Assembly (NCBI GenBank): GCA_030867685.1
Contig: JAQOWU010000003.1
Location: forward strand, 682,001-746,000
Length of the DNA stretch: 64,000 nucleotides
Source: Wickerhamiella versatilis
Lineage: Eukaryota
Direction: 5' to 3'
The notes under the pieces were generated by a model that searched no databases, was not told where the DNA came from, and saw only the letters and a program-made list of their open reading frames with translations. Below, in pieces: positions 1-9,151 of the stretch. The first letter of the stretch is position 1, and every line of letters starts with the position of its first letter. The translations under genes and the position numbers were made by a program.

Positions 1-1
1 C

Positions 2-217
2 AATGCCGCGTCTGATTTCCTCAAGGAGATAAAAGGTCAGCCTGTTGTGATTAAGCTCGTATCCGGGACTGAGTACCATGGTAACTTGCAGGCTGTTGAT
101 GGCTTTATGAATATCAATCTTAATGAAACCAAAGAAGTCTATAAAGGGACAACAGTTGCTGATTATGGCAATGTATTTCTCAGGGGTACCCTTGTCACTT
201 ATATTTCGTCAGCTTAA
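2..217 (+). CDS. LSM6: Sm-like protein Lsm6 (5'-truncated by window edge; not in ORF track)
   Basis: Manual translation NAASDFLKEIKGQPVVIKLVSGTEYHGNLQAVDGFMNINLNETKEVYKGTTVADYGNVFLRGTLVTYISSA* shows Sm1 (G-L---DGFMNI-L) and Sm2 (YG-VFLRG) motifs. Confidence 0.85.
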   Translation, partial: NAASDFLKEIKGQPVVIKLVSGTEYHGNLQAVDGFMNINLNETKEVYKGTTVADYGNVFLRGTLVTYISSA

Positions 218-300
218 TGCCTATATGTACAAACCTTAGCATTTTTCTCACATCGTCGTATTGAAGATTCTATTTTATTGGAACAAAAATGCCTATGACG

Positions 301-1371
301 TTATAAAAGGTTTAAAATGAGAAGTGCGAGCAAAAGAAAGACGTTATAGTTATTCTGAGGTCCTTTATTAGACAATAAAGGGGCTTCACCGCCAAGGGAA
401 GTTGATAAAGAGGCTTGAGGATCTGGATAAGTACCATTCCCTTCGAAAAGGCTTGGAGTGGCAGATAGAGCTCCAGATCCATAATCTGCTTGTGAATGAT
501 TGGTGTTCAAGCTCTTAGAGCTACTAAATGTATTCGTAGTGTATGCGTCCTCTGCACTTTCACTGGGACTGGCAAGGCTTGTCTTCTCCGTTGTGGTTAT
601 GGTGGTGTCCGGTAAAGGGTATTCTGAAGATATGCTCGTGGCAGAAATAGCCTGAAGAACACTAGGATAAGTTGGTTGTGTGCTTGGAAAGGAAGTAATG
701 GATTCTAATGGCGAATCGGAAGTACTTCCTTCGTCAAATGCGGACTCACCTCCACTCAGATAGGGCACTGTGGTGGCGGTTTCAATAGCCTCACCACTAT
801 CAGTCAAATCACTATATGATGGGGAACTCTTTGCTGTGTTCGACGAGGATAAAGGGACCTGTGATTGCACCTCCGGTGATAAGGATGCTTGGCCTGTATA
901 AGTTGGTGCTGACGACCTGTCAGAGAAAGAGAAAGTAGAAATTAGAGAAGCAGATGTTGTAGAGGTCAAAGATGAATCGGAAGTTTGAAATGCTAGAGGC
1001 TGAGATGAGGATGGGTATGTTGGAAGTACACCACCACGGGGGTCACTTGCTAGTGATAAAGTACGGCTCTCAGAGACTGATGAGACAGGAAGCGTAGAAT
1101 CACTTAACGCTGTAGTAGCTGTGGCAGTAGCTGTGTTTTCATCTATGCCTTGAGCGGTAAGAAGTGATGCTGCTGCTGGGTTGATCGATGAAGCTGCTGC
1201 TAAAACTGACGGTAAAAGTCCTGCATCGGTGGCTGTTTCGTAAATTTCGAGGATACTCGAGAATGCTTGGTTCCCAAGAAGCTCACCAAGGACATCAGAT
1301 TCCACCATTGCAATAGCCTGAAGTGTTTAGTAGGGTAGTAGTATGATAATAATGTAAAAAATGTGGGTCAT
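301..1371 (-). pseudogene. Ser/Thr-rich putative GPI-anchored cell-wall protein; signal peptide interrupted by in-frame TAA (intact ORF 301..1308)
   Basis: 335-aa S/T-rich ORF with C-terminal hydrophobic tail (NVFLLLALLILNLL). An in-frame ATG at 1371 gives MTHIFYIIIILLPY*TLQAIA-MVES, with TAA at 1329-1327. TATAAAA on the minus strand at 1424-1418. Confidence 0.55.
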
Positions 1372-1885
1372 GTATATAAGTGAGATAAAGTTTGGTGATG
1401 CTTCTTAGTCTGAATAATTTTATAAGCTTTGACGTCACTGCATATATAGCGAGAAGGATTGTGGATTGTTGTGCACCATTCTGGTCCGCTTGCACATTAC
1501 ATACTTCACATCACAACTTGAGATGCGTTGGCATAGACAAATCTTCAATTGGAAAACCGAAGAATCTGAACAGACAAAGCTCGATGAAAGCAATAATATT
1601 ACAAAAATACAGTACATGTTCCACCTAATAAAAGAATTGCGCACATTATGCATTGCAATGTTTTCTAAGTCTGTATTATAATGATTTAAAGAGAATAATA
1701 AAGTGTTCCACTTCTGACATACATTTGATACTTGAAACGCACATACGCTTGTGATCACGAATTTCTGGAAAAGAATAAAATCTATTTTTTTTTCGTTTTA
1801 TAGTTGGATTACTCCTGGCCATTTCCAAAAAAATGTCAAATGACCCGGATTGGTAATCACACTCACCCAAAATTTAGTACTGCAC

Positions 1886-2647
1886 ATGGATAAAGCTGAG
1901 GATGAGATTGATCGAGCTCTCGCAAATTCATCGGATACTAGCTCTTCCTGGGAATCTTCTTCTGAAGAATCAGATTACATAGTAGAAGACTCTCGCATCA
2001 CTGAAGATGACGGCCAAAGTGAGCCTCCCCGAACTTTGCATGAGGTAACTGAAATACAAATACCAACGCTTCCTGAAAATTTCGAAATGACTGATCAGAC
2101 TGCAATCCAACCTATTGGTCATTTATTCAGTGCCTCTGACAACTTGCTGGTAATCCAAGCCAATAATTCCGGTCGATATAGAGTACTTGCGGACGGAACA
2201 ATTTTTTGTCTCGGCGACCGAACAGTGCTAGGAGTCCTATATGAAACATTTGGGCCTGTAGATCAACCTTTCTATGTTGTATTGCATGAAAAAACAGAGG
2301 AATTTGCTGCTAATGTAGGCAAAGAAGTATTTTTTGTAGTACCTGGATCGCATTATGAACTCACACAAACATTCCAGGTAAAAGGCAGTGATGCAAGTAA
2401 CTGGCATGATGAGGAGGTGGCGTTGGAAGACCAAGAATTTAGTGATGACGAGCAGGAAGCATTAGCCAAACGTAAGAAGAAAAAGCGCCCTCAGCATCAC
2501 TCTACAAAGCAAGAAGCTGCACCTTCTGCTCTACCACCTACCCCTACGAGTCTACCACATGAAGCTATGGCAAATGCTTGGATGCAATACGCACGATATT
2601 ATGAACAGATTCAAACCCAGCCACCACCACCTCCTCCTCCATACTGA
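1886..2647 (+). CDS. NAF1: H/ACA snoRNP assembly factor Naf1
   Basis: Gar1/Naf1 domain (LGVLYETFGPVDQPFYVV), KGSDASNWHDEEV..QEFSDDEQE motif and Pro-rich tail. First ATG is at 1886; the ORF track starts at a TTG. Confidence 0.9.
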   Translation: MDKAEDEIDRALANSSDTSSSWESSSEESDYIVEDSRITEDDGQSEPPRTLHEVTEIQIPTLPENFEMTDQTAIQPIGHLFSASDNLLVIQANNSGRYRVLADGTIFCLGDRTVLGVLYETFGPVDQPFYVVLHEKTEEFAANVGKEVFFVVPGSHYELTQTFQVKGSDASNWHDEEVALEDQEFSDDEQEALAKRKKKKRPQHHSTKQEAAPSALPPTPTSLPHEAMANAWMQYARYYEQIQTQPPPPPPPY

Positions 2648-2814
2648 AGGTTGATTGATTAATGAAAAGTCTATTACAATTTAAATCAAATTTAAATAAG
2701 ACGATGATATTTCACGTCTAACCTCTAATCTCATAATCGAGCTAAGCGAACATGAATCCTAGAGATGCATCAACTTGTAGTGTAGAGCATAGAATCCGCA
2801 CTAACAAGGTATAT

Positions 2815-4407
2815 TCAAAGCTTTGGTTGATCGTGCATAGCAGCTAATCTGAACTTCAGATCCTTCATGGTTTTTGATTTAGGTTTCCATCTTCGGAAGT
2901 TGTCATATAACTCGCGAATAAATGCGTCATCCTTCGAATGCGATACTAAAGCATGGACCGCCCAGGGTAAAACGTAAGGATTTTTGTCCGGAAGCTTGAA
3001 ATCATGATTTATTTTAAGATCGACATTCCGCACCCCTTGTGTTTCTAAACTGATAGACACGGCGAGACGATAAAGTAAATTTGAGCTGTATAGCTTTGAG
3101 TGGCCCTTTCCTGTTAAAGCACCACTTAAAGGACGGCTTAGCTCTGTAATAACGCTATGGTCAGGCTTCCCTGAATTACACTGACGCAAGGCAAGATCGA
3201 CGAGAGAGGCGACGAAGTCAGATTCCATATCCTCATCGAAATATACAGCCCGGAATATATTTGGATGGGATACATGCATGCACAATGCACTGTACAATGG
3301 GACAAGTTGATCATCTGCGCTCCCTATCAGTATGAGCCGCGTGCCAGATTTAAGTATGCAAGACATTGCCTTTAGGAACTTTTGAGACTGTTCGCTAGCA
3401 ATGTTCTGGAGTTGAAAGAGCTCGAAAAGTGAATCATGTTCAATTCGAGTAATTGCTCTGCCAAACAGGGTGGAATCCATTCCTGGCATGGGTCCAAGAC
3501 ATGTCCCTGCCATACCAAGTATAGCAGTCTTTTGGGATTTAGATATAACTTCCTCACACAAAAGGCGCTCCAAAATTCGTGTAGCAACAACGGTTCCCTG
3601 GGAATGTACAGCAAAAATTATAAAATCAGCCTCAGAGAGCAACTGCGACCAATTTAAGAGGAGATCATATAATGTTTTCACCCGATGGTCTATTTTTCCT
3701 TCTCCTTCAAGCGCAATCTTTTCCACTGTCACATTTGTAAGGTTTTGTTCTGCACACCATGTCTCTACTGCCATGGCCGCCTCGTTGGCAAACCGAATTG
3801 AGGTTCCTGTCGGCTCACCGAGAATTTTTCGCGTCATTCTAGCAGGGAAGTATCCGTGAACTCCAATTATTACGATTTTGTGGACATGATGGGGTGTGGA
3901 CCTCCTTAGTCCCCTAGAAGTATACCACAAACGGTGAATCAGGGAGGGTTGCTGCTCTAGGGACTCAAAATCAGGGACAATCCGGGAATTCTTGCACAAT
4001 TGGTTGTTCGAGCACTCATCTCGCGCTATATGTTTGTTGGATGTATTACTACCAGGAATAGAGCTCTCAGCGGATTGGTGCCCATCATCCAATCCCCTCG
4101 AGCGCCAAGCCCAATTCCAGCGCGACTGCTTAAATACTTGATCCTCCAACTTAGGTTGCTTCTCTAGTTCAACACCTCCAACAAATTTCCTTAGTGAATC
4201 CGCAGAGCTTTCCATGGTCCTTCCTGCTACAACTGAAGTGGTGCCACTGGTGATAGGTGACGCAGCGGATGAGCCAGCTGAGCGCAAACCAGCATCGCAC
4301 TTACTCGTACCTAAAGCAATTGCAGGCATCGAAGCTGCATGGCGAACTTTGCGAGGACGTTCAATTTCATCTTCATTCGAACGTCGTCGTCGATACCAGC
4401 CAAGCAT
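2815..4407 (-). CDS. YML020W-like alpha/beta-hydrolase-fold protein
   Basis: KIVIIGVHGYFP..LGEPTGTS.RFA, HSQG nucleophile-like motif and DQLVPLYSA, typical of the fungal YML020W family. Confidence 0.75.
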   Translation of the reverse strand: MLGWYRRRRSNEDEIERPRKVRHAASMPAIALGTSKCDAGLRSAGSSAASPITSGTTSVVAGRTMESSADSLRKFVGGVELEKQPKLEDQVFKQSRWNWAWRSRGLDDGHQSAESSIPGSNTSNKHIARDECSNNQLCKNSRIVPDFESLEQQPSLIHRLWYTSRGLRRSTPHHVHKIVIIGVHGYFPARMTRKILGEPTGTSIRFANEAAMAVETWCAEQNLTNVTVEKIALEGEGKIDHRVKTLYDLLLNWSQLLSEADFIIFAVHSQGTVVATRILERLLCEEVISKSQKTAILGMAGTCLGPMPGMDSTLFGRAITRIEHDSLFELFQLQNIASEQSQKFLKAMSCILKSGTRLILIGSADDQLVPLYSALCMHVSHPNIFRAVYFDEDMESDFVASLVDLALRQCNSGKPDHSVITELSRPLSGALTGKGHSKLYSSNLLYRLAVSISLETQGVRNVDLKINHDFKLPDKNPYVLPWAVHALVSHSKDDAFIRELYDNFRRWKPKSKTMKDLKFRLAAMHDQPKL

Positions 4408-4940
4408 GACTTAGTAATTACGCCGGGTTACTTTGATGCTTTATATTCTTGTAGGGAAATCCGGATAGTGCGGCCACACTATGGTGATTCTTTTCATTTA
4501 GCACTCTATTTCTGATTTTGTTGGTGTCCTATCTGCCCAATCTTTAAAAAGTATTCTGGAATAACTTGTTTGCCTTCTCGAATTGTATATTTCATAATGA
4601 ACTTAAATCGTAGGGAGAAAGTTCATTTAATTCAGTTCCTTCTGATCCAATTTTATGTAGTGTTTGTCCAATTTATGGATTTTGTTAAGATTGGCAATTT
4701 CTCTTTCCATGTGATGTGTTCCTTGATTTATGATCATATGATACCAGTTCTAAGTTCTGAAATTTAATGTGTGGAAATGTGTGGAAAACACAAGAACAGA
4801 CAGTGAAGTCATGAATGTGAAAGTCATGAAGCATTTTTTAACCCAATTAACCTGTCTAGCTGAACAAATCTCAGCCAATCCAGACCTGAGACCGGTCGGA
4901 TCCCTCATTGACTCTTTTGGATAAGTGAGTTGCTAATTAG

Positions 4941-5267
4941 TTAGTCTGTAGGTGTTGGCCAGGGATTATGGAAACTGAGATCTTTCGTTAACTTCTTACG
5001 ATCTTCAGGCTTGGCCGGTACACTCTCTTCAAGGCATGCTCCACACAAGGGCAGCTCGCCTCTTTTTGAAGACTTCTGGCGCAGGCAATGCATGTGAACA
5101 TAGTGGCGACATTCGAGCATGACAGACCCAGGAATGGGGGCTGACTCTTTGCATATTTGACACTTTACTTGTTGAGTATGGGGAATTTTTGGTAGTTCAT
5201 AATTCTTGGAAACTTGATTTGGCTCAAAAATATCAGCCAATGGTGCCGGTGGTCCTAGCTTCTGCAT
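4941..5267 (-). CDS. Small RING-H2 zinc-finger protein
   Basis: CQIC-x12-C-x-H-x2-H-x2-C-x13-CGAC pattern in a 108-aa ATG-initiated ORF. Confidence 0.6.
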   Translation of the reverse strand: MQKLGPPAPLADIFEPNQVSKNYELPKIPHTQQVKCQICKESAPIPGSVMLECRHYVHMHCLRQKSSKRGELPLCGACLEESVPAKPEDRKKLTKDLSFHNPWPTPTD

Positions 5268-6136
5268 TTGTAGATTTGAGCATATCGTGGAGTTAGATTC
5301 GACTATATCTCTATTAATGAGCCCGCAGTGAGACCCGTACCCTAAAAACAGCTTTTCTAACGTGCAACATTTGCGGACAAATTATGAATCGCGAAAGAAG
5401 CGAAGTTTTAACAATTCTATAGATATCCACTGCTCCACTGATATACTGCACCCTTTGGTGACTTGTAACTCAACATACTCACTGGGCAAGGGTCATGACA
5501 CCATCATGATAAACTATATTATTACCAAGAGAAGATATGATAGAACGTAGCGGCATTGAGGTGCTGAGAAAAAATATAGATGTATTATAATATTGCGATG
5601 TAAGTGATTTAAAGTATCAATGCTATTTCCACTTCAAATATAGGTCATAAGGTGCTGCTCGGACTTACCAATTGGGAAGTATTTTATCCCACTTCCACAT
5701 CTACCTAATGCTTGGCGCCCTCACCGACAGCTTGGCAAAATTGAATAGCTTTAGAAGCTGAATTATAATCCCAGGAGCATGTGACTGAAATGTGGTCCAT
5801 ATTTGTAAAATTCTAGATATAAAGGCACGCTGTGCTAAAGTTCCATTGAAACTAAGACAAAGATAAATTCGGCAAAATTTGATTTCGCTGTGATTTTTGT
5901 CGAAGGCTATGAATTACCCTCACAAATTAACGAATTGATACAATCATCAGATCTAAATCAGTTCGATGCTTAAATAATTGAACTTAGACAATATTACATT
6001 ATGATTTGTTTCGCCAGGTCATTTCATACCTGATTGGCGGCAATAAATTACTTATGACTGTCCTTTCGACATTCGCTAATCTGACAGTCCTTTGCATGAT
6101 ATCGAGAGGACATCAACAGTGCTGACAAAGGCAGCT

Positions 6137-6691
6137 ATGAGCCAAGAAGCGTACATGGATGACTTGAAGAAGAGCTTGAAGGGAGCTCTAGCTCAATACA
6201 AAGACTTCCCACGCCCAGGTATTGTATTTGAGGATATATGCCCGATATTTAAAGACCCAAACCTTTTTCAAATGCTCCTTGATGCGTTGAAGACACATGT
6301 GTCAACGCTATCGCAAAAACCTACAGCTATAATCGGCTTGGATGCTAGGGGATTTTTATTTGGACCAGCGCTTGCCCTTCAGCTGGGGGTAAGCTTTGTG
6401 CCTGTTAGGAAGAAGGGCAAGCTCCCCGGTGAGGTTTATGAAGTCACTTTTGAGAAGGAGTATGGAAGCGATGTCTTCGTGCTTCAGAAATCATCCATCA
6501 AGCCTGGTGACAATGTGATTGTCGTTGATGATATTATTGCAACTGGGGGATCTGCCTCCGCGGCAGGGAAACTAGTAGAGATGGCAGGGGGCAAGGTGAT
6601 CGAATTTATGTTTCTGATGGAATTATTGTTTCTGAAAGGACGCGACAAGCTTAATGCTCCAGTATACACACTACTGGATGGACAAGCCTAA
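6137..6691 (+). CDS. APT1: Adenine phosphoribosyltransferase
   Basis: DFPRPGIVFEDI, GLDARGFLFG, VRKKGKLPG and the PRPP motif VIVVDDIIATGGS. First ATG at 6137. Confidence 0.95.
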   Translation: MSQEAYMDDLKKSLKGALAQYKDFPRPGIVFEDICPIFKDPNLFQMLLDALKTHVSTLSQKPTAIIGLDARGFLFGPALALQLGVSFVPVRKKGKLPGEVYEVTFEKEYGSDVFVLQKSSIKPGDNVIVVDDIIATGGSASAAGKLVEMAGGKVIEFMFLMELLFLKGRDKLNAPVYTLLDGQA

Positions 6692-6891
6692 TCTATTATA
6701 TGCTTACCATTCCTGTAGTATCATGCCACATGTTATAATAACTTCATAGGCTGAAAGCTCTATCTCTGTGTAAGATCACATAGATTAATCCAGTAATAAT
6801 TACAGCAATAATATATGGCTCACATTGCCATCCCAAATCTTAAGAATGACATTTGGTTTAAAACCGTAGCTTAGCGCACGAAGATTACGTG

Positions 6892-7824
6892 ATGGATAAT
6901 GGAGAGAACTATACCAGGGAGAAGAAAGTCGGTGAAGGTACATACGCGGTGGTATTTGTCGGTAAACAGATAACGACACAAAAAAGAATTGCGATAAAGT
7001 CCATTAAAGTTGGAGAATTCAAAGATGGACTCGATATGAGTGCTATCCGTGAAATCAAGTTTCTTCAAGAGATGAGACATGTCAACGTCATTGAGCTACT
7101 AGATGTTTTTGAAAGCGACAAAAGTTTGAACCTCGTTTTAGAATATTTGCCTGCGGACTTGGAGCAAATTATCAAAGATCAATCGCTTTTGTTTAGCGAA
7201 GCCGACATGAAGAGCTGGCTTTTAATGATGACAAGGGGTGTTCACCATTGTCACCGTAATTATATTCTGCACCGTGACTTGAAACCCAGTAATATGTTAC
7301 TTGCGCCTGACGGCCGTCTAAAAATTGCAGATTTTGGCCTGGGAAGGGCCATGGCATTTTCGCCTGCGGAGAGATTTACGTCAACCGTGGTCACACGCTG
7401 GTACAGAGCTCCTGAACTACTAATGGGAGCACGCCACTATACGGGGGCAATAGACATCTGGTCTTTGGGAATCATATTTGCGGAATTAATGTTGCGAATT
7501 CCTTACCTTGCTGGTCAGTCTGATATTGACCAGTTGGATATCACCTTTAAAGCATTAGGTACTCCAACAACGGCTAGCTGGCCCAATGTGGATTCTTTAC
7601 CTGGATATAAGACTGCAGCTAAGATCCGGCATCCTCCACCATCCAGACAAACGTTACAGGCAATCTTTTCTGCCGCCTCTGACTCCGCCCTCGACCTGTT
7701 GTGTTCTATGATTGCTTTAGATCCATTAAAAAGAGTTGATGCATCACAGGCACTGCTATCTCCCTATTTTCGTAATTTACCAGCTCCTACAAGGCCTGAG
7801 GAGTTGCCACGTAGGTCTCATTGA
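6892..7824 (+). CDS. KIN28: TFIIH CDK7-family kinase Kin28
   Basis: GEGTYAVV, KDGLDMSAIREIKFLQE, HRDLKPSN, DFG and T-loop FTSTVVTRWYRAPELL. Confidence 0.95.
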   Translation: MDNGENYTREKKVGEGTYAVVFVGKQITTQKRIAIKSIKVGEFKDGLDMSAIREIKFLQEMRHVNVIELLDVFESDKSLNLVLEYLPADLEQIIKDQSLLFSEADMKSWLLMMTRGVHHCHRNYILHRDLKPSNMLLAPDGRLKIADFGLGRAMAFSPAERFTSTVVTRWYRAPELLMGARHYTGAIDIWSLGIIFAELMLRIPYLAGQSDIDQLDITFKALGTPTTASWPNVDSLPGYKTAAKIRHPPPSRQTLQAIFSAASDSALDLLCSMIALDPLKRVDASQALLSPYFRNLPAPTRPEELPRRSH

Positions 7825-7948
7825 AAGGTTTCTTTTGAAAAAGAGAGATATCAATCGAATATGAATTTGAACTAAAGGTGTTATGTGACTATTAATGCAG
7901 TTGATGCCTGTCCAATAAATATGTCTTCACAAGGTGATGACAAAAGTC

Positions 7949-8155
7949 GCGGGGCAGTTTTTCAATAAATACTTCTTTGCCAGAGATCTTTTGTAGGTAA
8001 CTATTAGAGAATGGGATAAGCTTAATATATTCATCGAGTTTAAGGCTAGCAGTGCTTTTTCTGCAGAGACGATGATCGGGGAACCCCGGCCATAGGCTTA
8101 CCCAAACCCGCCTCTCCCCGCATTCGGAGATTCCTACATACCTATATATATATAA
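7949..8155 (+). promoter_or_regulatory. Promoter of the SDR gene: SYGGRG (Mig1/CreA-like) boxes, CGGGG-AA-CCCCG inverted repeat, TATA run
   Basis: GCGGGG 7949-7954, CGGGGAACCCCG 8077-8088, CCCCGC 8116-8121, TATATATATATAA about 8143-8155. Confidence 0.45.
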
Positions 8156-8206
8156 TATATTAACGTTTCCCGTTGAACATAAAAACATATTTCTCAAAAA
8201 TTTCAG

Positions 8207-8992
8207 ATGTCCTTGGCTAATAAAGTTGCTCTCATCACCGGAGGTGTAACTGGAATTGGCTGGTCATCAGCGAGGCGTTTGGCAGCTGCTGGTACACAAA
8301 CTGTAATTAGTGGTATCCAGCCTGAGCTGGAAGTAAAACATAAGCTCGAAGAATTAGAAAGGTTGTCGAAAAAGCCCGCGCTATATATCCCAGGTGACTT
8401 AACTGAGGAAGATAACTGTAGAACACTCGTGAAAGGTGTCGTAAAGGAATTCGGACGTCTGGATATTATACATGGAAATGCAGGTCTTCAATACGTCAAT
8501 CCCTTAGATACTTATCCTACAAGTATTTGGAACAAGATGGTCGCTTTGAACTTGACAGCCAATTTTCATATAATGAAAGAAGCTTTTCCAATAATGAAAC
8601 AAAATGGGTTTGGAAGATTTATAGCGACATGCTCTATTCATTCTGTTGGCGGTGCAAAGTTCAAGGGTCCTTACACTGCCACAAAGCATGGTCTCTTGGG
8701 TCTCGTAAGGGCTGCAGCTCTGGAATATGCCGGAACCGGCATTACAGTAAATGCTGTATCTCCAGGATATGTGTGGACGGATCTGATGGAAAAACAAATC
8801 CCTGATACGATGAGAGCTCGCAATATGTCTCGAGAGGAAGTCATAAATGACGTATTACTTGGAGGCCATCCATCAAAGCAATTCATAGAAGGTGATCAAG
8901 TGGCCGCCATTGTGGAGTTCCTATGCGGCGACTCAGCTTCACAAGTAAATGGGGTGAACTATAATGTAGATGGTGGCTATCTTGCCCAGTAA
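8207..8992 (+). CDS. bdhA: D-3-hydroxybutyrate dehydrogenase, bacterial BdhA-type SDR (HGT candidate)
   Basis: TGGVTGIG, NAGLQ, S-I-H, K-x2-YTATKHG, PGYVWTDLMEKQIPDT, DVLL..HPSKQF and terminal DGGYLAQ all match bacterial HBDH signatures. Confidence 0.85.
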   Translation: MSLANKVALITGGVTGIGWSSARRLAAAGTQTVISGIQPELEVKHKLEELERLSKKPALYIPGDLTEEDNCRTLVKGVVKEFGRLDIIHGNAGLQYVNPLDTYPTSIWNKMVALNLTANFHIMKEAFPIMKQNGFGRFIATCSIHSVGGAKFKGPYTATKHGLLGLVRAAALEYAGTGITVNAVSPGYVWTDLMEKQIPDTMRARNMSREEVINDVLLGGHPSKQFIEGDQVAAIVEFLCGDSASQVNGVNYNVDGGYLAQ

Positions 8993-9151
8993 ATATTCTG
9001 CCATGCCCGTACTACTGGCCACTACTGATTCTCAAATATCTGACGACCATGAGGGACCATTATGGAAAGACCTAGTATGTATTTTTAGGCTAGGGTTAAA
9101 ATATCCTATAGAGAGCAATTTTAAACAAAGCTAGCGAATCTTTTCAACAAT

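Noticed and set aside
1505-1617. Putative signal-peptide exon (MYCIFVILLLSSSFVCS...) with GTATGT donor at 1504 for the GPI gene
   Set aside because: The exon ends in phase 2, whereas the CAG acceptor at 1318 needs phase 0. The in-frame ATG at 1371 explains the gene better.
5663-5669. ACTTACC resembling the U1 snRNA 5' end
   Set aside because: No U1 stem-loop I/II sequences follow. As a minus-strand donor, it gave no productive splice to the RING ORF.
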